Source: Bacillales bacterium UBA7476
GTDB taxonomy: Bacteria; Bacillota_I; Bacilli_A; RF39; UBA660
DNA length: 24,000 nt
Direction: 5' to 3'
Assembly: GCA_002477275.1 (NCBI GenBank)
Contig: DLOU01000020.1
Span: 21,781 to 45,780, forward strand
The notes under the pieces are model-generated. The model did not search any database. It worked only from the letters and a program-made list of their open reading frames with translations, and was not told where the DNA came from. The translations under genes were made by a program, and so were the position numbers. Of this stretch, positions 1 to 8,778 are shown one piece after another; position 1 is the first letter of the stretch, and each line of letters starts with the position of its first letter.

Positions 1-672
1 TATGAGAATGTTAATTTTTTAGAAGAAGATGGAAAAATAGAAGTTGCTCCACCAATAGATTTTGAGTTTTCTAATTTCTTTTTATATCCAGATGATATAT
101 CAAGATATGAATATGAGAAGCAAAAGTATACTAATGATATAGCAATTCCAGAACAAGAAGAGCCTGATAAAGATCTTTTTAAAAAGTTGTGTGAACAAAT
201 TGGTATGGATTTTATTACTTATAATAAAAAGAATATCTCCTGTATAGTAAAAAAATATCCAGATGTAGTTATGAAATTTATTGGTAATTTAGATAAGTTT
301 ATTAATGAGTTAAAAGATATAAAACTTGAAGATGAGTTTAATTATATTGGAAAGATGAATAGTGATTATTGGACTGTATATTATTCTTTGTATAAGGAAA
401 ATGATAGTGATAAATATAATCAATTAAAAAATAGTATGAAACTTCATGATATTGATAAAGAAGAGACCTTTAATAAAATTACTTCAGATATATATGAATT
501 TGCCGTTAAGTTTAGATCAACTCTTAGAACTTATTTATTTGCACACCAGAAGGGTATACAAAATTTAGAGGAGTTAACTCTAAAGGATTTACTAAATGTT
601 ATCTCTAAAGAAGATTCAGAAGAGATAAAAAAATTAGATTTAGATAATTTAAGTTTAATATTAAAAAAGTAG
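1..672 (+). CDS. Hypothetical protein, 5' end off-window
   Basis: Frame 1 is open from nt 1 (YENVNFLEEDGKIEVAPP...) with no stop before TAG at 670-672. The TTG at 187 used by the ORF track is therefore probably internal. No motif recognised. Confidence 0.6.
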   Translation, partial: YENVNFLEEDGKIEVAPPIDFEFSNFFLYPDDISRYEYEKQKYTNDIAIPEQEEPDKDLFKKLCEQIGMDFITYNKKNISCIVKKYPDVVMKFIGNLDKFINELKDIKLEDEFNYIGKMNSDYWTVYYSLYKENDSDKYNQLKNSMKLHDIDKEETFNKITSDIYEFAVKFRSTLRTYLFAHQKGIQNLEELTLKDLLNVISKEDSEEIKKLDLDNLSLILKK

Positions 673-681
673 TGCCACGAA

Positions 682-710
682 TTGACAAAAATACTATTAT
701 TTGTAATAAT
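682..710 (+). promoter_or_regulatory. Sigma-A type promoter upstream of gpsB
   Basis: TTGACA at 682-687, a 17-nt spacer, then AATAAT at 705-710 preceded by TG at 702-703 (extended -10 geometry). Confidence 0.45.
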
Positions 711-736
711 AGTATCGTAAGGGATTGGTGATAAAA

Positions 737-1105
737 ATGTATCAAAATAAGATAAAACTTACACCACAGGAGATACTTGAGAAATCATTTAAAATTGATA
801 CGAGAGGTTATAGACTTAAAGAAGTTGATCAATTTTTGGATGATATTATTACTGACTATGAACAATTTTATAGAATTATTGGAGCTCTTGAACAAGATAA
901 GAGCGAACTAATGGCTGAAAACATGAGATTAAAACAAGATCTTAGAAATGCTAAAATGAATGTTGAAATTGTTAAAAATAATGATACTCCAGAAGTTACT
1001 AATGTTGATATTATTAGAAGACTTTCTAGACTTGAGAAGTTAGTATACGGAACAGGTAGCTCTGAAAGAAGTAATTATAGTTCAGAATTTAATAGTGAAG
1101 AATAA
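737..1105 (+). CDS. gpsB: Cell-cycle protein GpsB (DivIVA-domain protein)
   Basis: The N-terminus LTPQEILEKSFKIDTRGYRLKEVDQFLDDIITDYEQF and the C-terminus NVDIIRRLSRLEKLVYG match the B. subtilis GpsB pattern (ILEKEFK..RGY..DVDKFLD...DYE; FDILKRLSNLEKHVFG). The ATG at 737 follows GGTGA at 727-731. The TTG at 725 in the track is less likely. The position next to rnpB matches B. subtilis. Confidence 0.85.
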   Translation: MYQNKIKLTPQEILEKSFKIDTRGYRLKEVDQFLDDIITDYEQFYRIIGALEQDKSELMAENMRLKQDLRNAKMNVEIVKNNDTPEVTNVDIIRRLSRLEKLVYGTGSSERSNYSSEFNSEE

Positions 1106-1470
1106 TATTTGACAAACGCGGTTTTTCCACATTTATGTGTCTGAAAAGCTGAGGAAAGTCCATGCTCACACAGACTGTGATGTCTGTAGTGTTTGTGCTT
1201 AGGAAAAAAATAACCTAAGGTAGAGAAATCTAACGACAAAAAAGAAGTCTAAGTCATTTGATATGACTTCTTTTTATAAAGTGCCACAGAGACGAATAAG
1301 GCGAAAGCTGGAAATGAAACGAGGTAAACTCCACAAGTGAGAAACCCAAATTTTGGTAGGGGAGCTTTAACGAGGTAATTAAGAACTAAGTTAGGGACCG
1401 ATTTTTCGGTAGATAAATGTTTGTCACTCATAATATGAGAACAGAACATGGCTTACGAATATTATTTTTA
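1098..1470 (+). ncRNA. rnpB: RNase P RNA, bacterial type B (Bacillus-like)
   Basis: GAGGAAAGTCCATGCTCACAC starts at 1151. AAAGTGCCACAGAGACGAA, GAGAAACCCAAATTTTGGTAGGGGAGC and ACAGAACATGGCTTAC (1441-1456) are near-identical to universally conserved and type-B blocks of B. subtilis rnpB. A candidate P1 helix pairs 1101-1111 with 1456-1466. The ends are approximate. Confidence 0.9.
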
Positions 1471-1489
1471 TTAATAAAGAGGTGTTAGA

Positions 1490-1987
1490 ATGAAAGAGTT
1501 GGGCAGTTATTTGAGACGCACCAGAATAGAAAATGGTGTTAGTTTAGAGGAAGCCGCACAAGATATGAATATTCCAGTAACACTACTTGAAAATATAGAA
1601 GATGGTAATACACGTGCTTTTAAAGATGTGTATAAATTAAAACAACACATTAAATTTTATGCTAAATATTTAGGACTTGATTCTGAAAAAGTAGTCGACG
1701 AATTTAATGATTTTTTATTTGAACATACATCAAAAATATCTTTAGAAGATATTAAGAAAGCTAGATTAAAAGCTGAAAGTAGTGAAGGAAAAGGTAAGAT
1801 AAAATCACCTTATACAATAGAGCATAAAACAAAAGTTAATATTTTACCTTTATTAATTCCTATCGGAATAATTATACTTATATTAATAGTTTTTATATTT
1901 GTACTATTAGGTAGAGCATCCAAAACTTCACCACGTACAAGTGAATTAAAAGTAAATAAGGAGAGTGTTTATGAATTTACCTACTAA
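1490..1987 (+). CDS. rodZ: RodZ/YmfM-like HTH membrane protein (short form)
   Basis: It has an N-terminal XRE-type HTH (LGSYLRRTRIENGVSLEEAAQDMNIPVTLLENIEDGN...FYAKYLGLD) and a single TM (VNILPLLIPIGIIILILIVFIFVLLG). The SD AAAGAGGTG precedes the ATG. It lies directly upstream of pgsA, as ymfM does in B. subtilis. Confidence 0.7.
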   Translation: MKELGSYLRRTRIENGVSLEEAAQDMNIPVTLLENIEDGNTRAFKDVYKLKQHIKFYAKYLGLDSEKVVDEFNDFLFEHTSKISLEDIKKARLKAESSEGKGKIKSPYTIEHKTKVNILPLLIPIGIIILILIVFIFVLLGRASKTSPRTSELKVNKESVYEFTY

Positions 1988-2588
1988 ATTAACAGTGCTT
2001 AGAATTATTATGACTTTTATAATCATAATACTTTTGCTTTTCCCTTTTTATTATGTTGGAATTAATTTTCCAATGTATAAAGTAGGAAATGTTATAATAA
2101 GTTTACAATATATTATAAGTGGAATATTATTTGTTCTTGCTAGTGTTACAGATTTCTTTGATGGATATTTAGCTAGAAAAAATGGACAAGTAACTGATCT
2201 TGGTAAAATGCTTGATGCAATTGCTGATAAGATTTTAGTTAATACTGTTCTTATAATATTAGCATATAAAGGAATGATTCCAATTATTGTACCTGTTGTT
2301 ACAGTTTTAAGAGATACTTTTGTAGATGCAATTAAAATGCAAGCTGCTTCTCATGGAAAAGTAGTTGCTGCTATTAAAAGTGGAAAATTAAAGACAGCAA
2401 CATTAATGATAGGGACAACACTCGCATTTTTCTATAATTTACCGTTCGAATTATGGTCAGTTAATGTTTCTGATTTATTACTTATTGTTGCCACAGCTTT
2501 ATCAATAGTAAGTGGTATACAATATTATGTATTAAATAAAGATTTATTATTTATGGATGATGTTATTCCACCCAATGCAGTTAAGTAA
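1971..2588 (+). CDS. pgsA: CDP-diacylglycerol--glycerol-3-phosphate 3-phosphatidyltransferase
   Basis: It carries the CDP-alcohol phosphatidyltransferase motif DGYLARKNGQVTDLGKMLDAIADK and is multi-TM. The ATG at 1971 follows AAGGAGAG (1958-1965) and gives MNLPTKLTVLRI, a typical PgsA N-terminus. It overlaps the rodZ-like 3' end. Confidence 0.9.
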   Translation: MNLPTKLTVLRIIMTFIIIILLLFPFYYVGINFPMYKVGNVIISLQYIISGILFVLASVTDFFDGYLARKNGQVTDLGKMLDAIADKILVNTVLIILAYKGMIPIIVPVVTVLRDTFVDAIKMQAASHGKVVAAIKSGKLKTATLMIGTTLAFFYNLPFELWSVNVSDLLLIVATALSIVSGIQYYVLNKDLLFMDDVIPPNAVK

Positions 2589-2610
2589 ATATTTAATATT
2601 TACTTTTTTT
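2583..2610 (+). terminator. Rho-independent terminator after pgsA
   Basis: AAGTAAATA (2583-2591) pairs with TATTTACTT (2597-2605) around a 5-nt loop, followed by a T-run. The stem is AT-rich and overlaps the stop codon. Confidence 0.45.
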
Positions 2611-2683
2611 GTTGAAATAAATAACTGAATTTGTAAAAAAAGTATTATAAATAAAAGGTTTGAATATGTAAATTACAAAATTA

Positions 2684-2697
2684 CGAAAATTTGTTCG
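2684..2697 (+). promoter_or_regulatory. LexA (DinR) / Cheo box upstream of recA
   Basis: CGAAAATTTGTTCG is compared with the Firmicute consensus CGAAC-N4-GTTCG. It has one mismatch in the left half-site and lies just upstream of the recA -35. Confidence 0.6.
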
Positions 2698-2706
2698 AAA
2701 AAAGTG

Positions 2707-2735
2707 TTGCATTTTTTTTCAAAGTCAGTTACAAT
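2707..2735 (+). promoter_or_regulatory. Sigma-A type promoter of recA
   Basis: TTGCAT (2707-2712), a 17-nt spacer, then TACAAT (2730-2735), about 30 nt upstream of the recA SD AGGAGG. Confidence 0.55.
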
Positions 2736-2764
2736 TAATTTGTAGGAAAAAAGTAGGAGGCTTT

Positions 2765-3778
2765 ATGAAAAAAGTAGAAACACAATCAAAAGATTTAGAT
2801 AAAGTATTAAGTGATATTGAAAAACAATTTGGTAAAGGTTCAATTATGAAACTTGGAGAAAATACACATATGAAAGTAGATGTAGTTTCTTCTGGTTGTT
2901 TATCATTAGATATTGCTCTTGGTGTAGGTGGTTATCCAAGAGGAAGAATTGTTGAAATTTATGGACCAGAATCAAGTGGTAAAACGACATTTGCTTTGCA
3001 AGCAATTGCATCTGTTCAAAAGCAGGGAGGAAGAGCAGCTTTTATTGATGCTGAGCATGCACTTGATCCGGTTTATGCAGAAAAACTTGGAGTAGATATA
3101 AATGAATTATTACTATCTCAACCAGATACTGGTGAACAAGCTTTAGAAATATGTGATGCATTAGTTAGGAGTGAAGCAATTAGTATTATTGTTATTGATT
3201 CAGTTGCTGCACTTGTTCCTCAAGCTGAAATAGATGGTGAAATGGGAGATTCTCATGTAGGACTTCAAGCTAGACTTATGTCTCAAGCTTTAAGAAAGTT
3301 ATCTGGAACTATTAGTAAAACAAATACAATAGCAATTTTCATTAATCAATTAAGAGAAAAGGTTGGAGTTTTATTTGGTAATCCTGAAACTACTACTGGT
3401 GGACGTGCTTTAAAATTCTATTCAACTATTAGACTTGATGTAAGACGTAATGAAGCATTAAAGATGGGTGATGGAATTGTTGGTAATAGAACTACTATAA
3501 AAGTTGTTAAAAATAAGGTTGCTCCTCCATTCAAATCAGCAGTTGTTGATATAATGTATGGTGAAGGAGTAAGTCGTGAAGGTGAGCTTGTTGATTTAGG
3601 AGCCGAAGCTGGAGTACTTGAAAAATCTGGAGCTTGGTATAGTTATCAAGGAGAAAAGCTTGGACAAGGTAAAGAAAATGTTAAACTTTTACTAAAAGAA
3701 AATCCTGATTTAAGGGATGAAATAGAAGCTAAAGTAAGGGATTTCTATGGGATTTCATTAGATAATAAAGAAGAGTAA
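2765..3778 (+). CDS. recA: Recombinase RecA
   Basis: Walker [40 protein letters not shown] and [28 protein letters not shown] are all present. It is full length and has a strong SD. Confidence 0.98.
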   Translation: MKKVETQSKDLDKVLSDIEKQFGKGSIMKLGENTHMKVDVVSSGCLSLDIALGVGGYPRGRIVEIYGPESSGKTTFALQAIASVQKQGGRAAFIDAEHALDPVYAEKLGVDINELLLSQPDTGEQALEICDALVRSEAISIIVIDSVAALVPQAEIDGEMGDSHVGLQARLMSQALRKLSGTISKTNTIAIFINQLREKVGVLFGNPETTTGGRALKFYSTIRLDVRRNEALKMGDGIVGNRTTIKVVKNKVAPPFKSAVVDIMYGEGVSREGELVDLGAEAGVLEKSGAWYSYQGEKLGQGKENVKLLLKENPDLRDEIEAKVRDFYGISLDNKEE

Positions 3779-3791
3779 TCTTCTTTTTTTT
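3768..3791 (+). terminator. Weak rho-independent terminator after recA
   Basis: AAGAAGA (3768-3774) pairs with TCTTCTT (3779-3785) around a GTAA loop, followed by a T-run. The stem is short and AT-rich and overlaps the stop codon. Confidence 0.45.
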
Positions 3792-3823
3792 GTCAATTTT
3801 TTGTTTTTTTCATACTTTATAGT

Positions 3824-5239
3824 ATGAAGAGATTAAATAAGTTAATTAAATGTAAATATAAAACACCAATATATGGTATTAAAACTAATTCAAATGAAGT
3901 AGTTTATGGAGATCTTTTTGTTGCTGTTCATGGTATGAATTATGATCATCATGATTATATTTTCGATGCTATAGAAAAAGGAGCTGTAGCGATTATTAGT
4001 GAGAAAAAGATAAATACTGATGTACCTGTTGTTATAGTTAAAAATACTAATAAAGTACTTAATAGAATTCTTAAAAAGTTTTATGAAAATATAGAAGAAG
4101 AATTTTCATTTATTGGTATTACTGGTACTGATGGAAAAACAACTACTTCAACCTTTATTTCTTATATTTTATCAGATATACTTAATTGTTCTAATATTGG
4201 TACAAATGGACTTTATTATAAGGATTATTATGAATGTTTAGATAATACAACTCCATCTATTGAAGAACTATCTAATTGTCTATTAAAACTAAACATTTTG
4301 GGGTGTAAATATGTTTCTATGGAAGTGTCTAGTGAAGCACTATTACACAAAAGATTAGATAACATTAAATATAATGTCGGAATATTGACAAATATTACAG
4401 AAGATCATTTAAATGTTCATCATAATATTAATAATTATGTTCTTTCTAAATCATTACTTTTTAGTAAAATTGATAAAAATGGTTTTGCATTGTTAAATAA
4501 AGATGATAAATATTTTGATACTATTTTTTCAAAATGTAATTGCAAAATCTTTACATATGGTTTTGATGTAAATTCTGATTTTGTTATCTGTAAAACTGAT
4601 GACAACATAAAGTCAAATTGCTTTAATATTTTACATGATGAAACAGTATATGAAATAGAAACAAATTTTATGGAAGAATACAATTTATATAATATTACAG
4701 CTGCTTTTGCTTGTTCTTTTTTACTTGGTGTTGATTCCACATATATTATTACTAAAATAAAAAGTTTAAATACTATTCCTGGTAGAGGAGAAAAACTTAA
4801 TTTTGGACAAGATTATACAATCATACTTGATTATGCTCATACTGAAAATGCTATTAAAAATATTTTATCCACATGTTCTGTTAATAAAAAAAATAAAATA
4901 ATTACTTTAACTGGAAGTGCTGGTGGAAGAGAAAAAGAAAAAAGAAGTAAGATTGGAAAAATGGTTACTGATTTATCTGATTTAGTTATTTTTACAGAAG
5001 ATGATCCAAGAGATGAAGATGTTTTTGATATTATTGATGATATGCTTTCTTTTGTTAAAAAAAATAATTATGAAATAATTGAGGATAGAAAAGAAGCTAT
5101 TTATTATGCTTTATCTATTGCTGAAAAAGATGATATTGTTTTAATTTTAGGTAAGGGAAGAGATAATTATATGGCTATTGGTAATAAAAAAATTTATTAT
5201 TGCGATTACGATGTTATTAGTTCTTATTTTATAGACTGA
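3824..5239 (+). CDS. murE: MurE-type Mur ligase (UDP-MurNAc-L-Ala-D-Glu:diamino-acid ligase)
   Basis: GDLFVAVHG..DHHDYIFDAIEKGAVAII is the MurE N-terminal domain and GITGTDGKTTT is the P-loop. NTTPS, EVSSEAL, NITEDHLNVHH and a C-terminal EDDPRDED (DNPR-type) motif are also present. No SD precedes the ATG. Confidence 0.8.
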   Translation: MKRLNKLIKCKYKTPIYGIKTNSNEVVYGDLFVAVHGMNYDHHDYIFDAIEKGAVAIISEKKINTDVPVVIVKNTNKVLNRILKKFYENIEEEFSFIGITGTDGKTTTSTFISYILSDILNCSNIGTNGLYYKDYYECLDNTTPSIEELSNCLLKLNILGCKYVSMEVSSEALLHKRLDNIKYNVGILTNITEDHLNVHHNINNYVLSKSLLFSKIDKNGFALLNKDDKYFDTIFSKCNCKIFTYGFDVNSDFVICKTDDNIKSNCFNILHDETVYEIETNFMEEYNLYNITAAFACSFLLGVDSTYIITKIKSLNTIPGRGEKLNFGQDYTIILDYAHTENAIKNILSTCSVNKKNKIITLTGSAGGREKEKRSKIGKMVTDLSDLVIFTEDDPRDEDVFDIIDDMLSFVKKNNYEIIEDRKEAIYYALSIAEKDDIVLILGKGRDNYMAIGNKKIYYCDYDVISSYFID

Positions 5240-5262
5240 GTCTTCTACTGCTCATATTTACC

Positions 5263-5291
5263 TTGACACTTTTTTAAATCAACACTAAAAT
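5263..5291 (+). promoter_or_regulatory. Sigma-A type promoter of rny
   Basis: TTGACA (5263-5268), a 17-nt spacer, then TAAAAT (5286-5291). Confidence 0.55.
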
Positions 5292-5353
5292 AGAATTAGA
5301 TTATGATTTAAATATTTTATATTTTAAATATATTCTAGAAAGTGGAGGAAAAG

Positions 5354-6910
5354 ATGAATAATAATGTAGTTTTCTTTTCTTTGCTTTTTCTTATTGGATT
5401 AGTTGTTGGTTTTATACTAAGTATAGTTGTTAACTATATTAGAAAGAATTTAACTTCTAAAGTTGTAAAAGATATGATTGATAAGGCACGTAAAGATGCT
5501 GAAAAAACAAAAAGAGAGATTATTCTTGAACAAAAAGAAGAATCTCATAGATTAAAACTTGAACTTGACAAAGAAATTAAAGAGAAAAAACAAGAAATTA
5601 AAGATAATGAAGATCGTCTTCTTCAGAGAGAGAAGAGTATTGATAAAAGAGATGAATTATATCAAAAAAGAGAACTTTTATTAGATGAAAAAGAAGAAAA
5701 ATTAAATGTTAAGTTAAGTGAAATTCAAGATGAGAAGAGTAAAGTAGAAGAAATAAAAAATGAACAATTAGAGAAATTAGAAAAAATTTCAAAATTAAGT
5801 AGAGATAAAGCTAAAGAAGTTTTAATGGAACAAGTTAAAGCTAATATGAGTAAAGAAGTTTCTGCTTATATTAAAGAACAAGAGCAAGAAGCAAAGATGG
5901 TTGCTGATAAACAAGCTAAAGAATATATTGTTACAGCAATGCAAAGATATGCCGCTGATATAGCTAATGAACAAACTATAACAGTAGTTGATTTACCTAA
6001 TGATGAAATGAAAGGTAGAATAATAGGACGTGAAGGTAGAAATATTCGTACTATTGAGGCTATTACTGGTGTTGATTTAATAATTGATGATACTCCAGAA
6101 GCAGTAGTACTTTCAAGTTTTGATCCTTTACGTAGAGAGATTGCACGTATTACACTAGAAACTTTAATTAAGGATGGTAGAATTCATCCTACTAGAATTG
6201 AAGAAATCTATGATAAGACTTGCAAAGATATGAATAAGAAGATAATTGAATTAGGAAATGAAGCTCTATTTACTTTAGGTCTTACTAAGATGGATAGTAA
6301 TTTAATTGAACTTGTTGGTAAATTACATTTTAGAACAAGTTTTGGACAGAATGTTTTATCTCATTCAATTGAAGTAGCAGAACTTTCTGGACTTCTTGCT
6401 AGTGAGTTTAATGAAGACGTAAATCTTGCTAAGAGAGCTGGACTTTTACATGATATTGGTAAAGCTATTGATCATGATGTAGAGGGAAGTCATGTTGAAC
6501 TTGGAGCTGATCTTGCTCGTAAGTATCATGAAAATGATGTTGTTATAAACACAATTGAATCTCATCATGGGGATAAACCTGCTACTAGTGTTATAGCAAG
6601 TATAGTAGCTATTAGTGATGCTTTAAGTGCATCTCGTCCTGGTGCTAGAAATGATTCTATTGAAAACTATGTACAAAGACTTTCACAACTTGAAAGTGTA
6701 GGAAATGATGTAGAAGGTGTTGAAAAAACATTTGCAGTTCAAGCAGGAAGAGAACTTCGCGTTATTGTTAAACCAGAAGAAATAGATGATTTACAAGCAC
6801 ATGTTGTTGCTCGTGAAATAAAAGAAAAAATTGAAAGTACTATGAAATATCCTGGTACAATCAAGATTACTGTTGTTAGAGAAACAAGAGCATTAGAAGA
6901 AGCAAAATAA
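5354..6910 (+). CDS. rny: Ribonuclease Y
   Basis: It has an N-terminal TM (VVFFSLLFLIGLVVGFILSIVV), a long K/E coiled coil, a KH domain (GRIIGREGRNIRTIEAITGVDLIID) and an HD domain (LLHDIGKA...SHHG). The ATG at 5354 follows GGAGG (5344-5348). The GTG at 5342 in the track is unlikely. Confidence 0.95.
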   Translation: MNNNVVFFSLLFLIGLVVGFILSIVVNYIRKNLTSKVVKDMIDKARKDAEKTKREIILEQKEESHRLKLELDKEIKEKKQEIKDNEDRLLQREKSIDKRDELYQKRELLLDEKEEKLNVKLSEIQDEKSKVEEIKNEQLEKLEKISKLSRDKAKEVLMEQVKANMSKEVSAYIKEQEQEAKMVADKQAKEYIVTAMQRYAADIANEQTITVVDLPNDEMKGRIIGREGRNIRTIEAITGVDLIIDDTPEAVVLSSFDPLRREIARITLETLIKDGRIHPTRIEEIYDKTCKDMNKKIIELGNEALFTLGLTKMDSNLIELVGKLHFRTSFGQNVLSHSIEVAELSGLLASEFNEDVNLAKRAGLLHDIGKAIDHDVEGSHVELGADLARKYHENDVVINTIESHHGDKPATSVIASIVAISDALSASRPGARNDSIENYVQRLSQLESVGNDVEGVEKTFAVQAGRELRVIVKPEEIDDLQAHVVAREIKEKIESTMKYPGTIKITVVRETRALEEAK

Positions 6911-6952
6911 AAAGAAGCTTATTGGTTAACTTCAATCTTAGCTTCTTTTTTT
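6911..6952. terminator. Putative bidirectional terminator shared by convergent rny and rnj
   Basis: AAAGAAGCT (6911-6919) pairs with AGCTTCTTT (6940-6948) around a 20-nt loop. A T-run follows on the + strand and an A-run precedes it, which reads as a T-run on the - strand. The hairpin overlaps the last codons of rnj. Confidence 0.45.
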
Positions 6953-8616
6953 ATGTCTAAAATAATTGGTAAAATAATAGGTTTTCGACCTGTTAATTCA
7001 TTTATAAATGGAATTAAATCTGCCATCAATTCATTTTTTATACTAGCAAATGTAGAAGTTTGTTCTTTTAGTTGTTCTTTTACGACTTTTTCAGCTTCTG
7101 TTTCAATTTTTTTGATAAGTTCTTCATTTTCATTTACTTGTATAAATCCTCTTGTTGTAATGTTTGGTTTAATTAATAATTCATGTTTTTTCATATCGAC
7201 ATTTACAATAACAACTAAAATTCCATCTCCAGCCATTATTTTTCTATCACGAATAACTGCACCACCAATTTCACCAATTCTATTTCCGTCTACATATATA
7301 TCTGCTCCTGGTTTACTTTCTCCTCTTGTTAACTCATGGTCAACTAAATCTAAAGTATCACCATTTTTTAATATAAATGTATTTTCTTTTGGAATACCGC
7401 ATTCAATTCCTAAATTTGCATGTCTTTTTAACATTCTATAATCACCATGGAATGGCATTAGATACTTAGGTTGTAGTAATCTAATCATTAATTTTAATTC
7501 TTCTTGATTAGCATGTCCTGATGTATGTAATCCACTTAATGATTTATTTGTATATACTGACACACCGTTTAAGCATAGTTTATTAATTATTTTTGAAATA
7601 CTTAATGCATTTCCTGGAATAGCACTTGAAGAGAATATAACTATGTCATCTGGTCTTAATTTTACATATTTATGACTACCATTAGACATACGTGATAAAG
7701 CAGCAAGTGGTTCTCCTTGAGTTCCTGTACAAAGTATTGCAACTTCACTTGGTTTATAATTGTTTAACTCTTCTGGTTGAATAAGAATTTCTTTGTGATT
7801 TATATAACCACCTTCAATTGATATTCTTATGTTGTTTTCCATACTTCTACCAAATAGACATACTTTTCTACCGTGTTTAAAGCAAGTATCAAAAATATGT
7901 TTAACTCTATATACGTTTGATGCAAAAGTAGCAATAATAATTCTTTGTTGTGGATATTTTTCAAACATACTATTTAAGGCATTATCAACTTTAGATTCAC
8001 TTGTTGAAAAACCTTCACTAAGAGCATTAGTTGATTCACTTATTAACACATCTACACCTTCATGCCCTAAAGTAGCAATTTTGTATAAATCTGCCATAGG
8101 TCCAATAGGAGTTAAGTCAAATTTAAAGTCTCCAGTAGTTACTATTCTTCCATCTGGAGTAGTAAGTGATATTCCATGTGAATCTGGAACAGAGTGTGTT
8201 ACTAAGAAGAATTCTACTTCAATTTCTCCAAATTTTAATTTTGTATCACCATCGTAAGCATAAAGATTGTCATAACGAATGTTACGATCAGCTAGTTTTA
8301 CAGCAATTAATTCTTTAGCATGTCTTGGAGCATATATAGCAGGTATTTCTAAACTTTGTATTAAGAATGGAATACTACCAATATGATCTTCATGACCATG
8401 AGTAATTAATAAAGCTTTAATTTTATCTTGGTTTTCTTTTAAAAAAGTAAAGTCTGGAAGAACATAATCAACTCCCATTAGTTCACTTTCAGGAAAACTA
8501 ACACCGGCATCAATAATAACAATAGAGTCGTTATGCATTACACAATACATATTTTTTCCGACTTCTCCTAAACCACCTAAAACAATTATTTTTGTTCCGT
8601 TTGGTTTTTTATTCAT
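6919..8616 (-). CDS. rnj: Ribonuclease J (metallo-beta-lactamase / beta-CASP)
   Basis: The N-terminus is IIVLGGLGEVGKNMY and the motif is LITHGHEDHIG. The beta-CASP and C-terminal domains cover the full length (565 aa). A strong SD (AAAGGAGAAA on the - strand) lies upstream of the ATG. Confidence 0.95.
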   Translation of the reverse strand: MNKKPNGTKIIVLGGLGEVGKNMYCVMHNDSIVIIDAGVSFPESELMGVDYVLPDFTFLKENQDKIKALLITHGHEDHIGSIPFLIQSLEIPAIYAPRHAKELIAVKLADRNIRYDNLYAYDGDTKLKFGEIEVEFFLVTHSVPDSHGISLTTPDGRIVTTGDFKFDLTPIGPMADLYKIATLGHEGVDVLISESTNALSEGFSTSESKVDNALNSMFEKYPQQRIIIATFASNVYRVKHIFDTCFKHGRKVCLFGRSMENNIRISIEGGYINHKEILIQPEELNNYKPSEVAILCTGTQGEPLAALSRMSNGSHKYVKLRPDDIVIFSSSAIPGNALSISKIINKLCLNGVSVYTNKSLSGLHTSGHANQEELKLMIRLLQPKYLMPFHGDYRMLKRHANLGIECGIPKENTFILKNGDTLDLVDHELTRGESKPGADIYVDGNRIGEIGGAVIRDRKIMAGDGILVVIVNVDMKKHELLIKPNITTRGFIQVNENEELIKKIETEAEKVVKEQLKEQTSTFASIKNELMADLIPFINELTGRKPIILPIILDIKKEAKIEVNQ

Positions 8617-8728
8617 ATATTATTTTTTTCTCCTTTCTTGTTAAATAACTCGTAAAAGAACTAACGCTAACATTATACAATATAAAACTTTTTTTGTCTA
8701 TATTTCTTTAATACTATAATTATTTTTA

Positions 8729-8757
8729 TAGACTATTTTTTTATTTGATTGTATAAT
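8729..8757 (+). promoter_or_regulatory. Candidate sigma-A promoter for the 8779 and 9005 genes
   Basis: TAGACT (8729-8734), a 17-nt spacer, then a perfect TATAAT (8752-8757). The predicted TSS lies downstream of the track start at 8749, which supports the ATG at 8779. Confidence 0.4.
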
Positions 8758-8778
8758 TTTATTAGAATAGGAGTGCTT

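Noticed and set aside
1109-1114. Perfect TTGACA hexamer just after the gpsB stop, considered as an rnpB promoter
   Set aside because: No acceptable -10 follows at 17-18 nt (TTTATG or TTATGT). A start there would delete the P1 5' arm and the region upstream of GAGGAAAGTCC.
1249-1449. 66-aa ORF on the minus strand
   Set aside because: It lies wholly inside the RNase P RNA gene. It has no SD and is an artefact of ORF calling across a structured RNA.
4435-4740. Other antisense or alternative-frame ORFs in the track (4435-4740, 9000-9200, 9373-9660, 11820-12125, 12122-12328, 14838-15059, 16712-16894, 16907-17098, 17639-17878, 18016-18234, 21448-21663, 21911-22123)
   Set aside because: Each lies entirely within, or opposite to, a longer ORF that has recognisable motifs and a proper SD. 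None has its own translation signal.
6953-8257. Plus-strand ORFs 6953-7441 and 7829-8257
   Set aside because: Both are antisense to the well-supported RNase J gene. Both are low-complexity with no SD, which is typical of shadow ORFs in AT-rich DNA.
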